Assembly (NCBI GenBank): GCA_016181845.1
Contig: JACOYO010000006.1
Span: forward strand, 1 to 52,447
Direction: 5' to 3'
Source: Parcubacteria group bacterium
GTDB taxonomy: Bacteria > Patescibacteriota > Minisyncoccia > Phycocordibacterales > 21-14-all-47-15
Length of the DNA: 52,447 nt
Made by a program: the position numbers and the translations under genes. Below, in pieces: positions 32,111 through 39,692 of this stretch. The notes beneath the pieces were generated by a model. That model saw only the letters and a list, made by a program, of their open reading frames with translations. It was not told where the DNA came from and made no database searches. How positions within the stretch are numbered: position 1 is the stretch's first letter; every line of letters begins with the position of its first letter.

Positions 32111-33748
32111 TTACATCTTCGTCGGCGCGGAGATGCCCAGGAGAGAGAGCGATTGCTTGATTGTGGCGCGGGTGAGCAAGGCAAGTTTTAACGCGCCGTC
32201 ATTATATGAATCGTCATCCTGCAGTATGCGGACATCGCGGTAAAATTGAGAAAACGCAGTTGCTAATTCATACGCGTAGGTCGTCAATTTGTGCACTTGA
32301 TAATCATTCGCAATTTCTTCAACCACTTCGGGGAATTCGCCTATTTTTGAAGCAAGCACGCGCGCCGATGGCGCCGCGATATCTGAAAGAACGCTTCCAT
32401 CGGGGACTTTTCCTCGCGTGTTTTCTTCAATGGAGCAAATTCGCGCGTGCGCATATTGCACATAGTAGACCGGATTCTCGGCTGATTGTTTTTTTGCAAG
32501 CTCCAAGTCAAACTCCATGTGCGTACCAAGCGCTTTTTCAAGATAAAACCATCGGAGCGCGTCAATGCCCACCTCACGAACCATATCTTCAAGAAGCACC
32601 ACCGTCCCCGCACGCTTGCTCATTTTTTTTGAGACGCCTTCCTCTTTTAGCGACACGAGCTGGGTAATAAAAATTTGAAAGAGAATATTCCAGCCGAGCA
32701 TTTTTTTCACCGCAAGCATTCGTTTCACATGTCCGTGATGGTCCGCCCCCCAAATGTCAATCAGCCCGTCGTACCCGCGCCCGATTTTATCCGCGTGGTA
32801 AACAATATCGTTCATAAAGTAACTCCAGGTGCCATCGGAACGCTTCACCACACGGTCTTCGTCGTCGCCGTATTCGCTTGTCTTAATCCACCACGCGCCC
32901 TCTTTTTCATATACAAAGTTTTTTTCTTTGAAAACACCAAAGAGCGTCTGCACAATTCCTGAACCGCGCAATTTTTCGTCTTCCGAATACCACACATCAA
33001 ACGGGATTCCCAATGCGCTCTCTATAAAATGGGTATTTTCTTTTTGCACTTCTTTTGCAAGCGAAAATCCCGCGGCGCTCGGGTCATTTTTAAATTTTTT
33101 AATTTCCGATTTGAGATTTGAGATTTGAGATTTGAGATGTTCGGTCAGATATTGTTCTCCTTGCCCCAATGCCGTCTTGCCAAGCTCAATAATCTGCTTG
33201 CTCTCGCGCGAATCATTGATATAAAATTCACGGGTTACCTTTGCGCCGACATACGCCAAAACACGCGCAAGCACATCGCCATAAAATGCTCCGCGTCCGT
33301 GCCCGATGTGGAGCTTGCCCGTCGGATTGACCGAAATAAATTCAAGGTTGACCGCTTCCCCTTTTTTCAATAAAAAGCCGCGCGAAATCTCCAGTCCGAT
33401 TTTCTCCGCGGTTTCAAAAATCGCTTTGTCGGTAAGAAAAAAATTCACAAACCCCGGCCCCGCCCCTTCCACGCGCGCGATGCGCGTGTCTTTTGCTGAA
33501 GCAAGACGCTCCGCAAGCACCCCTGCCAACTCCCGCGGATTTTTGCCGAAATCTTTTGCATACACGAGAGCCGCATTGGTGGCATAATCCCCCTGCGTCT
33601 TGTCTGCCGGACGTTCCAAAAAAGGAGACGGATTTGCTACCCCGATATCGGCAAGTGCTTGGGCAACCATTTTTTTGAGTTCTTCTCGTAACATATCAAG
33701 CATCATAACACGAGAATTATTGAAAATTAAAATACCCCCGCGACGCAA
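32111..33748 (-). CDS. argS: Arginine--tRNA ligase
   Basis: NPTGKLHIGHGRG (HIGH) and KMSKRAGT, with a DALR-type C-terminus. The true start is probably one of the Met codons at residues 15-19. Confidence 0.95.
   Translation of the reverse strand: MRRGGILIFNNSRVMMLDMLREELKKMVAQALADIGVANPSPFLERPADKTQGDYATNAALVYAKDFGKNPRELAGVLAERLASAKDTRIARVEGAGPGFVNFFLTDKAIFETAEKIGLEISRGFLLKKGEAVNLEFISVNPTGKLHIGHGRGAFYGDVLARVLAYVGAKVTREFYINDSRESKQIIELGKTALGQGEQYLTEHLKSQISNLKSEIKKFKNDPSAAGFSLAKEVQKENTHFIESALGIPFDVWYSEDEKLRGSGIVQTLFGVFKEKNFVYEKEGAWWIKTSEYGDDEDRVVKRSDGTWSYFMNDIVYHADKIGRGYDGLIDIWGADHHGHVKRMLAVKKMLGWNILFQIFITQLVSLKEEGVSKKMSKRAGTVVLLEDMVREVGIDALRWFYLEKALGTHMEFDLELAKKQSAENPVYYVQYAHARICSIEENTRGKVPDGSVLSDIAAPSARVLASKIGEFPEVVEEIANDYQVHKLTTYAYELATAFSQFYRDVRILQDDDSYNDGALKLALLTRATIKQSLSLLGISAPTKM
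33108..33135. repeat. Four tandem heptamers GATTTGA inside argS (encode KSQISNLKSEI)
   Basis: gatttgagatttgagatttgagatttga. Confidence 0.9.
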
Positions 33749-33779
33749 TGCGTGCGGGGGTATGCGTATGGTTCTACCA

Positions 33780-34394
33780 TCATGGCAATTCAGGCTTCAC
33801 AATATCCCAAATGTCACGATGGACATCTTCCACTGGTCGATTTGCCAACACGAGAGACCATCCTTCTTCACTCGCTATTGTTAAGTATTGCCTGCGGACA
33901 TCGTAAAGAAGTTTGTTCTTTTCCTCGTGAGCATGCCCGTTTTCTTTTCCTTCCACAAATGGTTTCCCATCAAGCAAAATGGGGATATCCTCTTTGAGAA
34001 AATCTTTATTCATTTCTCGCGCCCGTTTTTCAGGCACTCCGGTCGCTATTCCCCACACGATGCCGCCGTACGTCCAATCTTCGGCGATAACCATGCTTCC
34101 GTTTTCAAGCATTTCTTTTATCCGCGGTTCCGCATCGCGGCGATTTTGCGTGCACAATTCTTGAAATTTTTCCGGAGTAAGCCGTTCGGGGTTGCCTTTT
34201 CTTAAATAATCATTGATACGCGGTCCGGTAGGAAGCAGTGTATAGTTGGGAAATTTCAGATACTGAGCAATCAACCGCCCTGCCTTGTTTATCCTTTCCA
34301 AAAGATTGATAGCTTGCGTCGTCTTTCCGACTCGGTTCGTCCCATAGAGGACTATGAACAGTCCCTTATTTTTCTTTTTTGGGTTATTTTGCAT
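33780..34394 (-). CDS. tmk: Thymidylate kinase-like P-loop kinase
   Basis: FIVLYGTNRVGKTTQ P-loop; size and position after thyX fit. Start chosen at MQNNPKK because of gaaaGGAGGggcc upstream. Confidence 0.6.
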   Translation of the reverse strand: MQNNPKKKNKGLFIVLYGTNRVGKTTQAINLLERINKAGRLIAQYLKFPNYTLLPTGPRINDYLRKGNPERLTPEKFQELCTQNRRDAEPRIKEMLENGSMVIAEDWTYGGIVWGIATGVPEKRAREMNKDFLKEDIPILLDGKPFVEGKENGHAHEEKNKLLYDVRRQYLTIASEEGWSLVLANRPVEDVHRDIWDIVKPELP

Positions 34395-34407
34395 GGCCCC
34401 TCCTTTC

Positions 34408-35232
34408 TTATACTTTCCAGTATTCTGGAACAAACGCGCCATTCACTTCCTTAAAATCTCCGAAGAGCTCCGGGACTTGCGCTATCATAATCTTCCCTAT
34501 TTTTTTGAATACGTGAACAATCTCTTCCTCGGCGCTTGCGTCAGTACGCAAAGCGATGACATGCCGAAGCGCCCGAAGATTGAGTGTCCACACGCCGCCC
34601 GTTGCAACGCCCATGCCGATACCGCGCCGAAATGCGGAGGTAAGCACTTTTTTTGCATGAAACGTGCTAGTCGGAGCCAGCTCTTCTTTCCAAATGTCGG
34701 AAAACGAAGCCATCATCCGCTCCTGGCTCACAAATTGCGCCGTGAGCAAATCTCGGCTTTGCTTTTTCTTGCAAACCACGTCTTCAGTATCGTCCGATTT
34801 TTCACGGAAACATTCCGGCATCCAGAACCGAATATCGGTATACCGGACATACCGCATGCTTCGCTCCGAAATACCGACACCGGCACGATGACGATTCATT
34901 TCTCCGGTAAATACGCGAGAACATCCATTGATACCGAATGTAAATACTGCGTGTTCTAGCACCGAACCGTGCCCCTGTTTTAAAACATTATCCAAATAGT
35001 CAACCATGTCACTGCGGACTTTGTTGACATTCGGGTTAAGTCCGGGCTGAAATGCCATATAACACTGCTTGGCCGAAAGAGCCACGAGAAACGCCGGGTC
35101 AGAAACCGCCTCTTCGGACGGAATTTCAAACTCAAGAGCTCCCATTTCATCAAGCCACGCGCGCACCGCCTCGCGGTCAACAATCGTTTTTGCAAGCACA
35201 TGAATCGTAATTTCATCAAACGCTTTTGCCAT
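34408..35232 (-). CDS. thyX: Flavin-dependent thymidylate synthase ThyX
   Basis: ThyX signature NRHRAGVGISERSMRYV (RHR...S.RY). Start trimmed to MAKAFDE, with aaaGGAGag upstream. Confidence 0.88.
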   Translation of the reverse strand: MAKAFDEITIHVLAKTIVDREAVRAWLDEMGALEFEIPSEEAVSDPAFLVALSAKQCYMAFQPGLNPNVNKVRSDMVDYLDNVLKQGHGSVLEHAVFTFGINGCSRVFTGEMNRHRAGVGISERSMRYVRYTDIRFWMPECFREKSDDTEDVVCKKKQSRDLLTAQFVSQERMMASFSDIWKEELAPTSTFHAKKVLTSAFRRGIGMGVATGGVWTLNLRALRHVIALRTDASAEEEIVHVFKKIGKIMIAQVPELFGDFKEVNGAFVPEYWKV

Positions 35233-35386
35233 AAGACACTCTCCTTTTGTTTGTAAATTGTATAAATAACAAAAAACTCTCTCTTTACTACCTTTTTTAC
35301 AGAGAAAAGTAAAGGTTCTTTCGTTTGGACGTTTGGTGCAAAAAAATACCCCGCAATGTTCTCCCTTGAACGTTGCGGGGTGTATA

Positions 35387-36499
35387 TCACTGAAACTGTT
35401 TTGACAGCACGGGACCGGATTGCACCCGATAGTGCGAGGTATCAAGCGTGTCGTAATGCTCCGAGGGCTCTTCGGACATGCGTTCAAAATAAATTTTTGC
35501 AATCGGCTGACCATGCCTGATGCACAAATCTTCAAACGGGCGGACTTCAAGTGTCAGCGGTCTGCCATTTTTCACCCCGTCAATGCCATACCCCCACCCC
35601 GGGTCAATAAATCCGGCATAGTGCGCGCGAAATTCTCCGCTTCGTTCATCCATCGGCATCATGACACAAGAGAGGTCGGGGGGCACTCGTACGTATTCAT
35701 TCGTGGATAAAATATAAAAACAATTTCGCCGAAGAATGATGCGCCCTTCTTTGGAGCTTGTTTCATTGTTGAGAATCGGATGGAAAAACGTCCGCATATC
35801 CTGCTCCAAAACGGAAAAATCAAAAATCGTATTCGTGCCGCGGCATTCATAACCAACGACAGGTTTTGATGATAAATCAGCCGTCAAAATCACTGATTCA
35901 TCGTTATCGTTGATTTTCAAATCCGTATACGAAAATGGCTTCCCGTCCATGTCAAAGACGAGCCCAGACATGAGGCCGAGCTCCAGTTCGGTTTTCCCGA
36001 GACGGGTATCGGCGTCAAAAAATCTGACCTGCGCCAACCGTTCCCCATCGCGAATTTTCACCGGAAAAGAATTCGGCAAAATGGTCATCCACAGATTCCC
36101 GTCATACCCACGTGGGATTTTGTCATACCGCGGCACCCTGTCGGCCATAAGCCGCACGTGTATATCTGTGCGTCCGGAACTTGATTTTGGATTAGAGAAA
36201 CCATACACTCCTGGCAATTTTGACAAGTGAAATGATTCTCGTACACGCGCCAGATATACGATGCCTTTCTCTAGCGGATTGGAGAGATTGTGTTTGGACG
36301 CGCCGACATGCGGCAATACATCGCGCACGCACTCATTGTCTCGCAGTAAAAAATTGGAACCAAGACGATACACTTCGTCGCCACAAACCGAGATATCAAT
36401 AGACGCTGGATTTATATTCTCTGTTTTTCCGTCAACAATAACACCCTTTTCAAGCATTTTAATAATCGTGTGCGACGGCAACGTTCCCTCTTTTCGCAT
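35387..36499 (-). CDS. dcd: Long-form 2'-deoxycytidine 5'-triphosphate deaminase (DCD family)
   Basis: ~370-aa dUTPase-fold protein: NPASIDISV..., GFIDPGWGY. The assignment to the long DCD family is from memory. Confidence 0.65.
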   Translation of the reverse strand: MRKEGTLPSHTIIKMLEKGVIVDGKTENINPASIDISVCGDEVYRLGSNFLLRDNECVRDVLPHVGASKHNLSNPLEKGIVYLARVRESFHLSKLPGVYGFSNPKSSSGRTDIHVRLMADRVPRYDKIPRGYDGNLWMTILPNSFPVKIRDGERLAQVRFFDADTRLGKTELELGLMSGLVFDMDGKPFSYTDLKINDNDESVILTADLSSKPVVGYECRGTNTIFDFSVLEQDMRTFFHPILNNETSSKEGRIILRRNCFYILSTNEYVRVPPDLSCVMMPMDERSGEFRAHYAGFIDPGWGYGIDGVKNGRPLTLEVRPFEDLCIRHGQPIAKIYFERMSEEPSEHYDTLDTSHYRVQSGPVLSKQFQ

Positions 36500-36576
36500 G
36501 GTTTATTCCTTTTTTTAAGAATCGCTTCTGTTAAAAAACACAGTTCTGTTCTTTGTAATAACATATTTCGACATTA

Positions 36577-36611
36577 AAACAAACTGCCCGCGTATGCGGG
36601 CAGTTTGTTTT
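36577..36611. terminator. Perfect 15-bp palindromic hairpin aaaacaaactgcccgc-gtat-gcgggcagtttgtttt (bidirectional terminator-like)
   Basis: Read directly; A-run and T-run on either side. Confidence 0.65.
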
Positions 36612-36635
36612 AATTATATAATGAAGTTTTTATTT

Positions 36636-36805
36636 CCTTTGAATTACAAAACATCAAGAGGCCAGACTTCTGCATTGATATAAAATCGGCATTCCTTGTT
36701 TAGACGTCCGACCTCTGAATTGGTAAAACATCGGCATTGGCTATAAATAAAGTAATTACCACATCAGAGGTCGGACGTCTTGTCGGCGTTTCGCAATTCA
36801 AAGTT
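36636..36805 (+). repeat. Palindromic element, copy G: outer inverted repeat, degenerate half and full core (36701-36780)
   Basis: CCTTTGAATTACAAAACA ... GCGTTTCGCAATTCAAAGTT flank the core. Confidence 0.85.
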
Positions 36806-37101
36806 ACCTCACTTCAACTCCTTACAGGAGCAGTAGTCACGAATATTTTTCTGTTGAAAAATTTCGCGACCACGACTCACTCGCTCTGGCTCGCTCCGTC
36901 TTTGAATTGCTTCAAGTGTTCGCAATTCAACCTTTTGGACATATTGCTTCGTAAACTCGCAATCTATCTCAAAAGGTCGATTGATGTTTCGTTACCTCAC
37001 ATCAACTCCTTACAGGAGCAGTACACCTTTTGGACTTTTTACTTCGCGCGGCTCGTAAAAATTCTCAAAAGGTCCATCGATGTTTCTTATTTCACATCGA
37101 T
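36803..37101 (-). repeat. Three consecutive hairpin modules of the H3-H2-H1 family, directly downstream of and overlapping the rplK stop
   Basis: GTTACCTCAC(T/A)TCAACTCCTTACAGGAGCAGTA occurs twice (36803, 36991). ACCTTTTGGA...TCTCAAAAGGT hairpins at 36930-36977 and 37024-37072. The terminal hairpin catcgatgt..acatcgatg includes the rplK stop codon. Confidence 0.75.
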
Positions 37102-37506
37102 GCCCATGCTTCGAGCCGTGCCCTCAATAATTTTTGAAGCGGCATCAATGTCGTGCGCGTTAAGATCTTGCATTTTCTTTTCGGCGATTTCTCGGATTTG
37201 CGCTTTGGTCACGCTTCCCGCTTTTATCACTGCGTTTTTTCCGGAACCTTTCTCTTTTCCTGCCGCTTTCAAAATAAGACTTGCCGCCGGCGGTGTTTTT
37301 AACACAAAATTAAAACTGCGGTCTTCAAACACGCTGATTTCAACCGGAACGATATCGCCTTTCATCTGTGCCGTCGCGTCATTAAATCGTTTGACGAATT
37401 CGCCGATATTAATACCCGCTTGTCCAAGCGCCGGCCCTACCGGAGGTGCGGGTGTCGCCGCTCCGCCCGGAATCTGCAATTTAAGTTTTTTTGTTATTTT
37501 TGCCAT
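37087..37506 (-). CDS. rplK: 50S ribosomal protein L11
   Basis: [30 protein letters not shown]. Confidence 0.97.
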   Translation of the reverse strand: MAKITKKLKLQIPGGAATPAPPVGPALGQAGINIGEFVKRFNDATAQMKGDIVPVEISVFEDRSFNFVLKTPPAASLILKAAGKEKGSGKNAVIKAGSVTKAQIREIAEKKMQDLNAHDIDAASKIIEGTARSMGIDVK

Positions 37507-37521
37507 AAAAATAAATAATTA

Positions 37522-38070
37522 TTACATCTTTTTTACCTGAAGAAAATCGAGCTCAACCGGCGTACTGCGTCCAAACATAGATACCAACACTTTAACTTTT
37601 CCGCGCACCTCGTCAACCTCGCTCACTTTTCCTTCAAGTTCTTTGAAGGGCCCGTCCACAATGGTGACCAAGTCGCCTTCCATGAGGTCAATTTTATGCG
37701 TCGCCGTTTTATCGCCTTCCAGACGAGAAAAAAGTTCGCCGATTTCTTTTTCATCAAGAGGCACCGGGTGCACGCCCGCGCCGACAAATCCGGTTACTCG
37801 CGGCGTATTTCGCACCACATACCACGAATCGTCGGTTACTACCATATCCACGAGCACATACCCCGGATACACCTTCTCTTCCGTTTCCGTGCGCTTGCCG
37901 CCTTTGATTTTAATTTTCTTCTCCGTCGGCACGAGCACATTGAAGATTTTGTCTTCCATGCCGAGTGATTCAATACGCGCTTTCAAATTGCGCGCGACTG
38001 CATTTTCATATCCTGAATATGTGTGAATGGCATACCAATGCCGTTCGTGTTGTGATTCTTGTTTTGTCAT
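37522..38070 (-). CDS. nusG: Transcription termination/antitermination factor NusG
   Basis: WYAIHTYSGYENAV NGN domain and a C-terminal KOW (GDLVTIVDGPFKELEGKV). Confidence 0.93.
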   Translation of the reverse strand: MTKQESQHERHWYAIHTYSGYENAVARNLKARIESLGMEDKIFNVLVPTEKKIKIKGGKRTETEEKVYPGYVLVDMVVTDDSWYVVRNTPRVTGFVGAGVHPVPLDEKEIGELFSRLEGDKTATHKIDLMEGDLVTIVDGPFKELEGKVSEVDEVRGKVKVLVSMFGRSTPVELDFLQVKKM

Positions 38071-38079
38071 GAAAAATAG

Positions 38080-38256
38080 TTAGATGATGAACGCGAGAAT
38101 TTTTGCGAAAATAAAATCAAAAAAACCGAGAAAAGCCGCTGTGAGAAGCGAGAGCGCGATCACTATCAGTGTAAACGCAATCGTCTGTTTTTGCGACGGC
38201 CAGCTCACATGCTTCATTTCGCCTTTGGTGTCTTTGAAATAATTGAGAATTTCCAT
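38080..38256 (-). CDS. secE: Preprotein translocase subunit SecE
   Basis: FKDTKGEMKHVSWPSQKQTIAFTLIVIALSLL plus its position before nusG. Start trimmed to MEILNYF. Confidence 0.8.
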   Translation of the reverse strand: MEILNYFKDTKGEMKHVSWPSQKQTIAFTLIVIALSLLTAAFLGFFDFIFAKILAFII

Positions 38257-38393
38257 AATGCTTTGTATTATATGATTCTTTTGAATTTTGCAAAATTTGC
38301 CATTTTTAAAAGCCCTCTCGGGCTTTTTGATATTTTCAATATACGCCCAGAAAAGAAAAAAGTCAAGCATATTCGGTAATACAAACGACAATC

Positions 38394-38420
38394 AAAAAGG
38401 GCAACATTTGTCGCCCTTTT
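38394..38420 (-). terminator. Rho-independent terminator after the TPR lipoprotein gene
   Basis: Minus strand: aaaagggc-gacaaatgtt-gcccttttt. Confidence 0.6.
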
Positions 38421-38438
38421 ATGCCTCAACGTTTTTTC

Positions 38439-39323
38439 TCACTTATTTAATTCCTTTTCTTGTTCTTGGGTGAGTATTATTCTTTTTTCTCGCTCTGCTT
38501 GCGCGATTTGAGCAGAATCAATCTCAGCGTCCATCTTCTCAAAAAAAGCCCAGCGTTTGAAATGCTCCCACTTCGTTGGGTGCGTTTTTAAGCGCCTAAT
38601 CTCCCGCAGACGTTCCATCACTTTTTCATCCAACATACCCGGATAATCATCCAGTAGATTTTTGAAATGAAGCTCGGCACTCGTGAGCGCCCAAGTACGC
38701 ATATAAAAATCTCCGATAAACAATGAATGCCACGCCAAATTTCGTCGAGCCTTTTCAATCATAAGAGCGGCTTCCACGCGATAGCGAGTATCGGGATAGT
38801 GTAGAAACAACCTATCTTCAACCGTTCTGATAAACCCTTTCGTTTCTTTTTGACTTTTATCCGGCGGATTGATTTGCCGGTAATATGACAGAGCGAGAAC
38901 CCAAACCGCCTCTTCGGTATGCGGGTATGCCCAGGGGTCATCTCCAACAACAAAGTGGTCAAAAAAAATATCAAACGCTTTTTTCACTTTCTGATATTGC
39001 GCCGGTTCCTTATTTTTTTCAGCTTCTAAGAACCGAGATTTTTCCATGTGAAAAAATGCTTTGTGGTCATTCGGATTACGGGAGATAATTTCTTCCAATA
39101 TCATTCGCTCTTGCTTGTAAAAGCCGCCGAACGCTAAGCGGTCCGCTTCCTCCCACAACCAACCAAGAGAGCTTTTCTCAAGCGCGTCAGCGTCTATCCT
39201 TGGAACCGTAGCGCACCCGGCGGCAAAAACAATAATCAAGGTTATCACTGTTAATGATACTGCATTTAGAAACCAACGCGCTTTGCAATAATCACCATAA
39301 ACAACTTCTATTCGTATTGCCAT
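38439..39323 (-). CDS. Lipoprotein with BamD/YfiO-like TPR-type repeats, hypothetical
   Basis: Lipobox VFAAGC. The helical-repeat body with RRNLAWHSLFIGDFYMRTWALTSAELHFKNLLDDYPG resembles BamD. Start chosen at MAIRIE with aaGGAG 8 nt upstream. Confidence 0.45.
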   Translation of the reverse strand: MAIRIEVVYGDYCKARWFLNAVSLTVITLIIVFAAGCATVPRIDADALEKSSLGWLWEEADRLAFGGFYKQERMILEEIISRNPNDHKAFFHMEKSRFLEAEKNKEPAQYQKVKKAFDIFFDHFVVGDDPWAYPHTEEAVWVLALSYYRQINPPDKSQKETKGFIRTVEDRLFLHYPDTRYRVEAALMIEKARRNLAWHSLFIGDFYMRTWALTSAELHFKNLLDDYPGMLDEKVMERLREIRRLKTHPTKWEHFKRWAFFEKMDAEIDSAQIAQAEREKRIILTQEQEKELNK

Positions 39324-39414
39324 GACGACACTCCTTGAAAATTTGAACGCTTGGGAACTAAGTTCCCAAATTTGGGTTATCAAATATCAAATGAACGTAT
39401 AACTATTTGATATA

Positions 39415-39442
39415 ACCATACATTTTATTGTACTTTTGTCAA
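39415..39442 (-). promoter_or_regulatory. Sigma70-type promoter TTGACA-16 nt-TATGGT for the lipoprotein gene
   Basis: The minus strand reads cTTGACAaaagtacaataaaatgTATGGTtat. The ~85-nt leader contains the palindrome TTGGGAACTAAGTTCCCAA (39351-39369). Confidence 0.5.
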
Positions 39443-39512
39443 GATGCACGAGCCAATGCGCACGCATTACAATATCCTGCCAATTAAAAAGAGCCCTTAT
39501 CATTATCAAATA

Positions 39513-39596
39513 TGTCGGAGGGGGGATTTGAACCCCCACGACCTTGCGGTCACTAGCTCCTGAAGCTAGCGCGTCTGCCGATTCCGCCACTCCGAC
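39513..39596 (-). tRNA. tRNA-Leu (anticodon CAG); no encoded CCA
   Basis: GTCGGAG acceptor, CTAGC-TTCAGGA-GCTAG anticodon arm, long variable arm, GGGGG-TTCAAAT-CCCCC T arm. Confidence 0.9.
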
Positions 39597-39692
39597 ACGT
39601 TTACCAATTCTACCAACTTGGACGTCGGGTTTCCAAGTACTTCACTTAGTGGTTGAACCACTAAGTGAATAACATTACATTCAACGCTCATC

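Noticed and set aside
34408-35550. Full 380-aa extent of the thyX ORF, and the overlapping ORF 34980-35390.
   Set aside because: The N-terminal 106 codons are Cys-rich, overlap dcd, and precede a good SD plus ATG at 35232, where the ThyX homology starts.
36737-37540. 267-aa plus-strand ORF.
   Set aside because: It begins inside the palindromic element (MAINKVITTSEVGRL), runs through the hairpin repeats and is then antisense to the clearly genuine rplK. It is low-complexity and has no start signals.
39387-39590. 67-aa minus-strand ORF.
   Set aside because: It coincides with tRNA-Leu(CAG). Likewise, ORF 52204-52407 coincides with tRNA-Val.
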